Positions 33,330-43,276 are shown, numbered from the stretch's first letter. The stretch is DNA of 64,000 nt from Alphaproteobacteria bacterium (GCA_963555825.3 CAUVXB020000001.1:1760001-1824000), one strand, 5' to 3'. The notes: a model not told the origin generated them from the letters alone. Program-made: numbers and translations.

Positions 33330-33608
33330 TAGCTCCGTCACCAACTTTCGGACATAGCTCACTACCGCAGGGCGGCCGAGGCTATTGTGGGTAGCCCTGC
33401 TTGGAATGGTCAACTTGGTATCTGGGGCGAAGAGATGATCAAGGACACGGCGATTAATCCGTCATTCGCAATTGACACGCCACAGAAAAATGTAGCCGCT
33501 CGGGTAAACATCCACCTCCACCGGCAGGCCCTTCACGGCGAAGATTTCAGTGGTATAGACTTGGACGAAGATTGGGTTGACTAGCCACTCGAGGTCCTTC
33601 CACCGTAA

Positions 33609-33716
33609 GAGCCGATCCAAGAAGTTGTTGGATCGGATGAATCGGTTGTAATTCATTGTTGGGCACTCGAAACATTTCGGAGGGTTGCGCGATGTGGACG
33701 CCCGAAAACCGGCAAG
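33609..33716 (+). mobile_element. IS5-family left-end remnant
   Basis: TAA|GAGCCGATCC end followed by RBS and an MWTPENR transposase start. Confidence 0.45.
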
Positions 33717-34223
33717 CTATCAGCCTGATAGCGCGCTCAGCAAGTGGTTCAACGAGCGCACTGTGGGGTCCCGCGGGCGGATCCGCCGGGTGATGATCGT
33801 GGCGCTCGCCCGCAAGCTGCTCATCGCGCTCTGGCGGTTCTCCGAGACCGGCCTCGTGCCGACTGGCGCCAAGCTCGCCTGATCGCAAGACCGCGCTGTT
33901 CCAGACCGGCCGGACGCGGCCGGGGCTGGGTCGGGTGGCGAGTGGCCGAGGCTCTTGCGGGCTGAAACACGCCGACCGAGAGATGGGCCCCGCCTCCGGA
34001 ACGCTGCGTCCGCAGCAAGCGGGATCGAGGGACGGTTCCGGCGCTCCGTCGCCGAAAAACCTCCCGCATAAGAGTTGGGTATGCGCACAAGCGCGACCGA
34101 TGCGAAAAGCGTTCCGACCTGGCTACAAAGGCAAACCAACCGTCAATCCGACCAACCCAGAAAACGAGTTCGCCATGCAGTAAACCCAACCAACTTCTCC
34201 GCTTGACTGCGTCTGCCCTCATA
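33717..34223 (+). mobile_element. IS110-family right-end remnant with a long 3' non-coding region
   Basis: YQPDSALSKWF...IVALARKLLIALWR C-terminus; ~340-nt tail ending CTTGAC...CCCTCATA. Confidence 0.75.
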
Positions 34224-34726
34224 AGAGCGAGAGCTTTAGCCGCAGGCGGGCGAGGGCGGATGCCGAAGAGGGTGTCTCCGCCCGGTTCCGCATTCACGCA
34301 ATCCCGGAGACTGAGAACGGCAGAGCAATAATCCCCCACTGAAGCGGCCGGTCGATCCGGCTGCGGCGGACCAAAATGGGACCGCGTATAGCCTTCTGTC
34401 AGGGTTGCTCTGACTGGAAGGCGGGGGGGATGTATCGGGTGGAGTTGTACGCACGGGTTCGGCGGGCGTGTCATGTCGAGGGGATGAGCACCCGCGAGGC
34501 CTCGCGGGTGTTTGGTGTAGACCGCAAGACGGTCCGTAAGATGCTGTCGTTCTCGGTGCCGCCAGGGTATCGCCGAAGCGCGCCGCCGAGGCGGCCAAAG
34601 CTGGGTCCGTTCACGGGAATCATCGATCGGATCTTGGAAGACGATCGGACCAGCCACCGCAAGCAACGGCACACTGCGAAGCGCATCTTCGACCGGAGCT
34701 ATGTCCGAAAGTTGGTGACGGAGCTA

Positions 34727-36022
34727 TCAGGCGGCGTGTTTGGTTATCTTGATTCCGTCCTTGAACGGCACTCCTTCGACGAGTTCGGCGAGTTGATTTG
34801 ATCCGTCCAGCTTCCGCCATTTCCGCCTGGCACTCAAGATCAGTTTGAAGGCCATGGCGAGCGCCGTCTTGCGGCTCAGGCACCCCTTGGTCTTCACGGT
34901 CCTCAGGCGCACCGTGGCGAAGGTGCTTTCGATGGGGTTGGTGGTGCGGATGTGCTTCCAGTGCTCGGCCGGGAAGTCGTAGAAGCTCAGCAGGCGTTCA
35001 CGGTCCTTGACCAGGCGCTCTGCGGCCTTGTGGTATTTTGCGCCGTAGGCTGCGATGAAGAAGTCGAAGGCGGCTTCGGCGTCGGCCCTAGTCTCGGCCA
35101 TCCAGATGTCGTGCAGATGGCCCTTGGCTTTGGCCTGCAGGGATTTGGGCATCTGGTTGAGCACGTTGGCGGTCTTGTGGACCCAGCAACGCTGCACCCT
35201 GGTCTCTCCGTAAACCTCGCGTAGCGCCTTCCAGAAGCCCAAGGCGCCGTCGCCGACGGCCAACTCGGGGCCGGTCTCCAAGCCCCGGCGCTTGAGATCA
35301 AGCAGCAGTTCCTTCCAGCTTTGCGCGCTCTCTCGATAACCGTCGACCATGCCGACGATGTCCTTGTTGCCCATGGCGTCGGCGCCGATGATCACCAGAA
35401 CACACTGTTTGTCATGGTCCATGCGAGGCGAGAAGTAGACCCCGTCGGCCCAAAAATAGACGTAGCGCCGAGCCGAAAGGTCGCGCTTTTGCCAGGCTTC
35501 GTATTCGTCCCACCAGACCGCTTTCAGCCGGCCAATGGTGCTGGCCGTCAGGCCCGGCGCGTCCGGTCCCAGCAGCGCCGCCAGGGCCTCCGAAAAGTCG
35601 CCGCTGGAGATGCCCTTCAGATAAAGCCAGGGCAGAAGCGCCTCGACCGACTTGGCGCGCCTGAGATAAGGCGGCAGGATCGATGACGTGAAACGGATGC
35701 GCCCGCCCGTGGCCTGTGGATCTCGGTCTCGCACTCTTGGCCGCTTCACCGTCACAGCTCCGATCCCGGTCTGAACCTCGCGTTCCGGCATGTGCCCGTG
35801 ACGGACAATACGGCGCCGGCCCGAAGCGTCGGTCAAATCGGCATGGGCTTCAATATGGGCGGCAACTTCCGCTTCAATCGCCTGGCCAAGCAACTGCCGG
35901 GCGCCGGCGCGCAATATCTCCGTCAGCGGATCGTCGGAAAATGACTCTGGCTGGCGCAACGCAACAACTGTATCGTCTTTCATGGCGTATCCCTTTCTTC
36001 GGAAAATTGGCGTCTTCATCAA
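34727..36022 (-). CDS. IS256-family transposase
   Basis: Same protein as 32034-33329. Confidence 0.92.
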   Translation of the reverse strand: MMKTPIFRRKGYAMKDDTVVALRQPESFSDDPLTEILRAGARQLLGQAIEAEVAAHIEAHADLTDASGRRRIVRHGHMPEREVQTGIGAVTVKRPRVRDRDPQATGGRIRFTSSILPPYLRRAKSVEALLPWLYLKGISSGDFSEALAALLGPDAPGLTASTIGRLKAVWWDEYEAWQKRDLSARRYVYFWADGVYFSPRMDHDKQCVLVIIGADAMGNKDIVGMVDGYRESAQSWKELLLDLKRRGLETGPELAVGDGALGFWKALREVYGETRVQRCWVHKTANVLNQMPKSLQAKAKGHLHDIWMAETRADAEAAFDFFIAAYGAKYHKAAERLVKDRERLLSFYDFPAEHWKHIRTTNPIESTFATVRLRTVKTKGCLSRKTALAMAFKLILSARRKWRKLDGSNQLAELVEGVPFKDGIKITKHAA

Positions 36023-36062
36023 CGCCAGGATACGCCGCCTTCATTCTCCATCACCAAGATTC

Positions 36063-37850
36063 GACGGGGCGGTAAAAAGTCGATTCCTCATGAGAGTCGG
36101 CTGGATTATAATTGTGCATGTTTACTTTACGCGACCGACGGACTGGGGAATTGTTTGATCGCTGGTCCGATTTCGGGGACAAACGTCGGCGCCTGATGGA
36201 GCAATCCTGGGCCGGGGTTTTTCGGAACCATCTGCTTGTCGAACTTCCGGTTGACGATCTTTGCCGTCACCTTGATGAACGCATGGGCCGACCATCGAAG
36301 GATCTACACGTTGTCATCGGGGTCTTGCTTTTGCAGCAGCTGCACGATCTGAGCGATGCAGAGACCGTCGAGGCCCTGGCCTTCAATATGGCGTGGCACT
36401 ATGCCTTGGACGTGCGCAGCGAAGCGGACAGCTATTTCTGTGAGAAAACCCTGCGCAACTATCGCCGTCTGTTTATCGAACAAGGTCTCGATGAATTGCT
36501 GTTCCGGTGTTTGACGGATCGGCTGGTGCAGGGGTTCTCTGTCGATACCAGCCACCAACGCATGGATTCGACGGCCCTTCGTTCGGCAATGCGGGCGCTG
36601 ACACGACTTGGTATCGTTGTTGAGAGCATCTCGAAGTTTGCCCGTGAGCTTGAGCGATATCATCCCGGTCTGCACGAGCAGATCAGCAAGGAGGTGATCC
36701 GCCGCTATGTCGATCGCGAGGGTAATGGCGCGTTCGCGAATACGGCGCCGAGTGTTTCAAAACGGCGCCTCGGCGAAGCGGGTCAGTATCTCCTAGCCCT
36801 GGTGCTGCAATTCCGTGACACGGCGGCGGCAAAGCTTTTCAGTTTTGCGATCCTGGAGAGGGTTCTGCGCGATCAGTTCGAGATCGTTGATGATGAGTAT
36901 GGCGATCGTGACGCAACGCGCGCCGCGATTCGAGATCCAAAGGATGTGCCGTGCGATACCGTCGGCAATCCGGCCGACCCGGACGCGAGCTACAACGCGC
37001 ACAAGGGTCAAGGATACATGGCGCAGATCGTCGAAACCTATTGTGAAGATGTCAGTAACGAGGCGGTTGCCGCGACACCGGACCTCATCACCCACGTGGA
37101 GGTCCACAAGATGACGGTGCATGACGGCCATCGCTTGGCCGATGCGCTGGATGATCTGAGCGAGCGCGCGCTGACGCCGGCGGTGATGCTGGGTGATTCA
37201 CATTACGGTTCCAGTGACAACATGGCTCTGACGCGCGAACAGAACATCAATCTCGTGGCGCCCGCACGACCGCCGAAAGGCGCCGTCTCGGGACGGTTGA
37301 CGTTGGAGGATTTCACTCTCAACGAAGAAGGCTTGGTCTTGCGCTGTCCCAATAACGTCGAACCGGTTTCAGCCTCGCTCGCCAAAGCCAAGCTGCAGGC
37401 CCGTTTCGACCTCTCCATCTGCCAAAAATGTCCCGATATACTGCGATGTCCCGTGCAGGCGGCCAAGCGTGACGGCCAATTTTCCCGCTTTCAATATACC
37501 CCGGCCAGGGCTGCCAACCAAAAGCGCCGGCTTTATGAACAAAGCGATGCCTTCCGCAACGTCTACAGATGGCGGGCCGGCATAGAAGCGACCATGTCGC
37601 GATTAAAGTACCAGATGAACCTGGCTCACCTACGCATTCGCGGCATGCCGGCCATGCGCTACGTGGTCAATCTGCGTGCCCTCGGCCTCAATATCCGACG
37701 CTGCGCGGCAATCGCACCATAAAAAACGAAGCCAAGGAGAAGCCATCGTAATATCAGGTTTTTCCACCAGCAACGCGGATCGGCAAATATTCTTCACCGA
37801 ACCGCAAAGACCGTACAAGCAATCGGCCAACAACTTTTTACCGCCCCGTC
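36063..37850 (+). mobile_element. IS1182-like element, copy B
   Basis: Same IRs as copy A; TSD AAGATTC (GAATCTT on the IS256 strand). Confidence 0.88.
36112..37722 (+). CDS. IS1182-like DDE transposase
   Basis: 536 aa; differs from copy A by S>F and D>N. Confidence 0.8.
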   Translation: MCMFTLRDRRTGELFDRWSDFGDKRRRLMEQSWAGVFRNHLLVELPVDDLCRHLDERMGRPSKDLHVVIGVLLLQQLHDLSDAETVEALAFNMAWHYALDVRSEADSYFCEKTLRNYRRLFIEQGLDELLFRCLTDRLVQGFSVDTSHQRMDSTALRSAMRALTRLGIVVESISKFARELERYHPGLHEQISKEVIRRYVDREGNGAFANTAPSVSKRRLGEAGQYLLALVLQFRDTAAAKLFSFAILERVLRDQFEIVDDEYGDRDATRAAIRDPKDVPCDTVGNPADPDASYNAHKGQGYMAQIVETYCEDVSNEAVAATPDLITHVEVHKMTVHDGHRLADALDDLSERALTPAVMLGDSHYGSSDNMALTREQNINLVAPARPPKGAVSGRLTLEDFTLNEEGLVLRCPNNVEPVSASLAKAKLQARFDLSICQKCPDILRCPVQAAKRDGQFSRFQYTPARAANQKRRLYEQSDAFRNVYRWRAGIEATMSRLKYQMNLAHLRIRGMPAMRYVVNLRALGLNIRRCAAIAP

Positions 37851-39106
37851 AAGATTCAGCTATAGCTCTTCGACCGCCTCCGGGACGAGTACGGTTTCAC
37901 GGGCGGCTACACCATCGTGAAGGACTACGTTCGTGAGCAGGGGCTTCGGTCGCGTGAGGTGTTCGTGCCACTCTCCCATTCCCCCGGTCACGCCCAGGCG
38001 GACTTCGGCGAAGCGATGGCGGTGATCGGCGGCGCGTTACGGAAGATCCACTTCCTTGCCTTCGACCTTCCCCACAGTGATGGTTGCTTTGTTGCGGCCT
38101 ATCCGGCGGAGACGACCGAAGCATTCTGCGATGGCCACAACGCGGCGTTTGCCTTCTTCGGCGGCGTCCCCCGATCCATCCTGTACGACAACACCAAGCT
38201 GGCGGTTGCCCGGATCCTGGGCGATGGGAAGCGGCAGCGAACGCGCGTCTTCACGGAGCTTCAGTCCCACTATCTGTTCGAGGACAGGTTCGGCCGGCCG
38301 GGCAAGGGCAACGACAAGGGCAAGGTCGAGGGACTGGTCGGCTTCATCCGGCGGAACTTCCTGGTCCCCGTCCCGCGTGCCGAGAGCTTCGCGGCCCTCA
38401 ACGATGCTCTCGCCGAACAGTGCCGCCGGCGCCAGGCGGCGCGGCTGCGGGGCCACAAGGAGACCATCGGCGAGCGTCTCGAGCGGGATCGTCAAGTTCT
38501 CTTGCCATTGCCGCCTGCTCCCTATGATGCCTGCGATAAGCGCCCTGGACGGGCGAGTTCGCTGTCGCTGGTGCGTTACCGCAGCAACGACTATTCCGTG
38601 CCCGTGGCCTACGGCCACCGTGAGGTGCTCATCCGGGGCTACGTCGATGAGGTGGTGATCAGCTGCGGGGCCGAGGTGATCGCCCGGCACCGCCGGTCCT
38701 ACGACAGCGAGGACCTGATCTTCGACCCGCTGCATTACCTGCCCTTGATCGAGCAGAAGATCGGCGCCCTCGACCAGGCCGCGCCATTGGCGGGCTGGGA
38801 CCTGCCCGAGGCCTTCATCACTCTGCGGCGGCTCCTCGAAGCTCGTATGGGCAAGGCAGGCAAGCGCGAGTACGTCCAGGTGCTCCGTCTACTGGAGACC
38901 TTCCGGCTCGAGGAGGTCGAGGGTGCGGTCGGCGACGCCCTGCGGCTCGGCGCAATCGGCTTTGATGCGGTGAAGCACCTGGTACTGTGCCGCATCGAGC
39001 GGCGGCCGCCCAGGCTCAACCTCGACGTCTATCCGTATCTGCCGCGCGCCCGGGTCGCGATGACGTCCGCCAAGTCGTACATGAGCCTGCTGTCGGGGCT
39101 CGGCGC

Positions 39107-39871
39107 ATGACCGACACACCGCAAGTGCTGCTCGCCCACCACCTCAAGACGCTGAAGCTGCCGACCTTCCTGCGCGAGTACGACAAGATCGCCCGGCAGT
39201 GCGCCTCGGAAGGCGTCGATCACGTCCGCTACCTGTTGAGACTCGCCGAGCTCGAGCTGATCGACCGCGAGCGCCGCATGGTCGAGCGGCGCATCAAGGC
39301 GGCGCGCTTCCCCGTGGTCAAGAGCCTCGACAGCTTCGACTTCAAGGTCATCCCCTCGCTCAACAAGGCGCTGGTCCTGGAGCTGGCCCGCTGCGAGTAC
39401 ATCGAGCGCCGCGAGAACCTCATCGCGCTCGGCAACAGTGGGACCGGCAAGACCCACATCGCCCTCGGTCTCGGCCTGGCGGCCTGCCAGAAGGGCCTCT
39501 CGGTCGGCTTCATCACCGCCGCCGCGCTGGTCCACGAACTCATCGAGGCCCGCGATGACAAGCAGCTGCTGAGGTTCCAGAAGAAGCTCGCCACCTACAA
39601 GCTTCTGATCGTCGACGAACTCGGCTTCGTGCCGCTGTCGAAGACCGGCGCCGAGCTGTTGTTCGAGGTGTTCAGCCAACGCTACGAGCGGGGCTCGACC
39701 CTGGTCACCACCAATCTGCCCTTCGACGAATGGACCGAGGTGTTCGGCTCCGAGCGCCTCACCGGCGCGCTCCTCGATCGCCTCACCCACCACGTCAACA
39801 TCCTCGAGATGAACGGTGACAGCTACAGGCTCAACCAGAGCCGCAGGCGTCAAACCCCGACTGCTAACTGA
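39107..39871 (+). CDS. istB: IS21 helper ATPase
   Basis: GNSGTGKT, LLIVDELG, ALLDRLTHH. Confidence 0.93.
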   Translation: MTDTPQVLLAHHLKTLKLPTFLREYDKIARQCASEGVDHVRYLLRLAELELIDRERRMVERRIKAARFPVVKSLDSFDFKVIPSLNKALVLELARCEYIERRENLIALGNSGTGKTHIALGLGLAACQKGLSVGFITAAALVHELIEARDDKQLLRFQKKLATYKLLIVDELGFVPLSKTGAELLFEVFSQRYERGSTLVTTNLPFDEWTEVFGSERLTGALLDRLTHHVNILEMNGDSYRLNQSRRRQTPTAN

Positions 39872-40062
39872 ACCGACCACCCAGCCCACGCTTGACCCCG
39901 TGGGCCCACAGGTCCCTCCCGCGCGCGCCGCCGCGTCAGCCTGTTGAGGGCACGCCGCGTCGCGCGCGGGGCCCTCCCGTGGACTACGGGGACAAGCCCG
40001 CAGCCGCCAAGCGGTCCCTTCTTACACCGCCGAGGTGGTCCCTTTTTGCTCCGCCATTGACA

Positions 40063-41226
40063 GTGAGGCTGAAGTCGGCCTGGCGAGCGGTCACACGGTG
40101 CCCGAAGTGTGCCGGACCTTGGGCATCGCCGAGCAGACGTACTATCGGTGGCGCAAGGAGTACGGCGGCCTGAAGGTTGGGCAGGCCCGACGCTTCAAGG
40201 AGCTCGAGCGGGAGAACACACATCTCAGGCGAGCCGTCGCCGATCTGACGCTGGATAAACTGATCCTGAAGGAAGCCGCCGAGGGAAACTTCTAAGCCCC
40301 GAGCGTCGCCGGCGCTGTGTTGAGCATGTCTGCACACGATATGGATTACCCGAGCGCCGGGTGTGCCAGGTCATCGGACAGCCACGCTCGACGCAACGCT
40401 ATCGACGTGTCGGGGCTGACGATGAGGCGGCGCTCACCGAGGCGATCGTGCGGCTAGCCAGTGAGTATGGCCGCTACGGCTATCGCCGGGTCACGGCGCT
40501 GCTCCGCGGAGAGGGTTGGCACGTGAACCACAAGCGGGTCGAACGCATCTGGCGACGGGAGGGGCTGAAGGTGCCTGTAAAGCAACCCAAGAGAGGCCGA
40601 CTGTGGCTCAACGACGGGTCCTGCATCCGTCTGCGGCCGAGCTGGCCGAACCATGTCTGGGCCTATGACTTCGTCATGGCCCGCACACACGATGGCAGGA
40701 CGTTCCGCATGCTGACGATCATCGACGAGTGGACCAGGGAGTGCCTGGCGATCGACGTCGCCCGGCACCTGCGATCCGACGACGTGCTGTATCGCCTGGC
40801 GGCACTGTTCGTCGACCGGGGGCCACCGGACCACATCCGCTCGGACAACGGCAGCGAGTTCACCGCCAAGGCCGTCCGTGACTGGCTGGCGAGAGTCGGT
40901 GTGACGACGCTCTACATCGCGCCGGGGAGTCCCTGGGAGAACGGCTACAACGAATCATTCAACGGCAAGCTCGGAGACGAGCTGCTCGACGGTGAGATAT
41001 TCTACTCGCTCAAGGAGGCTCAGGTGTTGATCGAGCGATGGCGGCATCACTACAACACGGTCAGGCCGCACAGTGCGCTGGGCTATACACCCCCGGCACC
41101 ACAGACCATCGTGCCCAAATGGACTGATCCGGCCTTCGCTATTGATGGGCTACAGCCGGATCAGCCCTTCCCAGAAACCGTGCCAGGACTAACATAGGAA
41201 CTGGTACATAGAATGGGGGCAGGCCA
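40063..41226 (+). mobile_element. IS3-family (IS407-like) element, 5' end deleted; orfB 40361-41197
   Basis: Matches the copy starting at 63617; GAGGGAAAC frameshift window; [21 protein letters not shown]; end GGGGCAGGCCA. Confidence 0.88.
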
Positions 41227-41306
41227 AGTCCATAACTACGAGATATTTCCTCTACTTAGCATGTTTATGCCTTATTTATAAAGCTCCGTAATACCCATGC
41301 AAGCAA

Positions 41307-41352
41307 ACTCTTAATCAGCGGGTCGCAGGTTCGAATCCTGCTGCGCCCACCA
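41307..41352 (+). tRNA. 3' half of tRNA-Lys(CTT); probable att site, not a full gene
   Basis: ACTCTTAA anticodon loop, GCAGG-TTCGAAT-CCTGC T-arm, acceptor strand ending ACCA; no D-arm or 5' strand upstream. Confidence 0.85.
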
Positions 41353-41486
41353 CCTAAGCCATTGGGATTTAACGGCGATATGTGCCTGCCGTGCATGTGT
41401 CGCGGAAACGGCGTACAGGTCAGCGGCCTATGCGGCTCCCGACGGTTTGGCAGAAGCGTCGAAGCGCTTCGCTCCGATAAGACCCT

Positions 41487-42272
41487 CTAATTTGGTTTCG
41501 CCCCGCGTAGGCGGCCGGCACGCAGCTCGCCGGCCTCGAACAGACCGGCCAGCGCGCGCCACTGGGTCAGGAAGCCTTCGTGCCGCGCCGCGCCGATCGC
41601 CGCGATCATCGGCCCGCGCAGGCGCCCCGCCATGGCGTCGCAACACGCGCGCGGCTGGCCGCGGCGCACGTCCGAGGTGTCGGCAACCGTAATGTCCGTG
41701 AAGCCGGCCGCGCGCAGCATGGCATCGTAGGATCCAGCCGTCTCGAGGTGATAGGCCATGCCGCGCAGTTCGAAATAGGCTTCCATGTCGGCGCTGGGCG
41801 GGGCGCCGTCGCCCATCCATTCGCTCGCCGCGATGCTGCCGCCGGGCCTGAGAACGCGGTGCAGCTCGGCGAATAAGGCCGGCTTGTCGTCGATCAGCAG
41901 CCAGCTGTCCTTGCCGAAGACGACATCGAAGGCGGCGTCGTCGAAGGGCAGCGGGCCGGGCTCGACGAGGCGCAGATCGACCCGGTCGGCGAGGCCGGCG
42001 GCCTCGATGCGCTTGCGCCCGATGTCGACCAATCCGGGCTCGATGTCGACGCCGACGACGCGGCAGTCGAACTCGGTGGCGAGCTGGACGTCGATGCCGC
42101 CGATTGCGCAGCCGATGTCGAGCACAGTCTCGCCGGCGAGATCGAGGCCTTCGACGATCGCGCGCAGGCTCTCGGGCCCGCCGGGCGACATGTGACCGGC
42201 GCCGAAGATCATCTCGGAGACGATCACCACCGAGTCGTCGTAGCGGCCGTAGAGCCTGTCCTCGTCGGCCAC
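41487..42272 (-). CDS. Class I SAM-dependent methyltransferase (phosphoethanolamine/sarcosine N-methyltransferase-like)
   Basis: FGAGHMSPGG, VLDIGCAIGG, LPFDDAAFDVV, RVLRPGG; GTG start inferred. Confidence 0.85.
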   Translation of the reverse strand: MADEDRLYGRYDDSVVIVSEMIFGAGHMSPGGPESLRAIVEGLDLAGETVLDIGCAIGGIDVQLATEFDCRVVGVDIEPGLVDIGRKRIEAAGLADRVDLRLVEPGPLPFDDAAFDVVFGKDSWLLIDDKPALFAELHRVLRPGGSIAASEWMGDGAPPSADMEAYFELRGMAYHLETAGSYDAMLRAAGFTDITVADTSDVRRGQPRACCDAMAGRLRGPMIAAIGAARHEGFLTQWRALAGLFEAGELRAGRLRGAKPN

Positions 42273-42283
42273 GGGGCTTCCCT

Positions 42284-43276
42284 TTAGGAGGCCGCGCCAC
42301 GGCGCAGCCGCAGGAGCCAGCCCTTGAGCTTGGCGGGCAGCGTCTCGAGGCCGTCGGGCAGGAAAAGCATGGTGAAAATCAGGATGAAGCCATAGATCAG
42401 CGGGCGGTGTTCGCCGACCGCCGGCAGGCCGCGCAGCGACGTGTCGACGATGGTCAGCACGGCGACCCCGATGATCGGCCCGGCGAAGCTCGCGGCGCCG
42501 CCGACGATGACCCAGACCAGCACGTAGAGCATGATCGAGAGCGAGAACTGGTTGGGGTTGATGGTGCCCAGGTGATGGGCCAAGAGGGCGCCCGCGATGC
42601 CGGCGAAGAACGACGCGGTAACAAAGGCGAGCGTGCGGTAGTGCCGGGTGTCGACGCCGACCGATTCGGCGAGCGCGTCCTGCCAGTGGATGGCGTGCAG
42701 CGTCAGCCCGACGCGCGAGCGCTCGAGCCGGTACATGAGCAAGAGCGAGACCACGGTGACCGCCAGGGTGAGCTGGTAATAGGGGATGTCTTCGAGCAGG
42801 TCGATCTCGCCGAGGCCGGGCACCTCGAGGAGCGGCGGGAACAGGTTGTTCAGGCCGCCGGCGCCGCCGAACGGGTCGCGGAAACGCTGCCAGGTCAGTC
42901 GGATCGCCTCGCCCGCCGCGAACGAGCCGATCAGGAAGTAGAAGCCCTTCATGCGGAACAGCGGGAAGCTCAACAGATAAGCCATCAGCGCCGAGATCGC
43001 CCCACCCGCCGGCACGCTGGCCCAAAACGTCCAGCCGAACTGCTTCATCAGCAGCGCGCTGGCGTAGCCGCCGACGCCCATCATGACGACATGGCCGAGC
43101 GACCATTCGCCGGTCGTCGTGATCAGCCGGTAGCTGACGACGACGATGACGTTGACCAGGAGCCCGATCAGCACGCTGTGCAGGTAGGGCCTGACCAAGA
43201 AGGGCAGCGCGATCATCAGGGCGATCAGCGCGACGACGCCGGCGGTTCTGACGAGCCTGGCATCGAGGCTGCCCAT
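42284..43276 (-). CDS. Branched-chain-type ABC permease (LivM-like)
   Basis: GEWSLGH, FGGAGG, LAESVGVD, IVGG..SFAGPIIG, FLPDGL. Confidence 0.88.
   Translation of the reverse strand: MGSLDARLVRTAGVVALIALMIALPFLVRPYLHSVLIGLLVNVIVVVSYRLITTTGEWSLGHVVMMGVGGYASALLMKQFGWTFWASVPAGGAISALMAYLLSFPLFRMKGFYFLIGSFAAGEAIRLTWQRFRDPFGGAGGLNNLFPPLLEVPGLGEIDLLEDIPYYQLTLAVTVVSLLLMYRLERSRVGLTLHAIHWQDALAESVGVDTRHYRTLAFVTASFFAGIAGALLAHHLGTINPNQFSLSIMLYVLVWVIVGGAASFAGPIIGVAVLTIVDTSLRGLPAVGEHRPLIYGFILIFTMLFLPDGLETLPAKLKGWLLRLRRGAAS

Larger units (their letters stand above)
30175..33360 (+). mobile_element. IS256 type C, copy 1, carrying an IS1182-like element in its left IR
   Basis: Ends GAGCTATAGCTGAATCTT...GGACATAGCTC; no TSD. 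Confidence 0.88.
27677..33584 (+). pseudogene. Beta-family (T4 beta / sce7725-like) protein in three pieces: 27677-28165, 29828-30174, 33361-33584
   Basis: YIPTL..RPSE..G N-terminus, LYGDWGS...PRIDY, terminal RVNIHL; frame restored across the ISKra4 TSD; family call from recalled motif pattern. Confidence 0.7.
34696..37868 (-). mobile_element. IS256 type C, copy 2, carrying an IS1182-like element in its left IR
   Basis: 8-bp TSD TTCGACCG (34688-34695, 37869-37876). Confidence 0.9.
34430..39110 (+). pseudogene. istA: IS21 transposase, interrupted
   Basis: AKRIFDR|LRDEYG split at TSD TTCGACCG. Confidence 0.9.
34312..40062 (+). mobile_element. IS21-family element with istA disrupted by IS256::IS1182-like
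   Basis: TGAGAACGG...ATTGACA ends; matches 57898-60467 after removing the insert. Confidence 0.9.

Noticed and set aside
41307-41352. Functional tRNA gene
   Set aside because: The 5' acceptor strand and D-arm are absent
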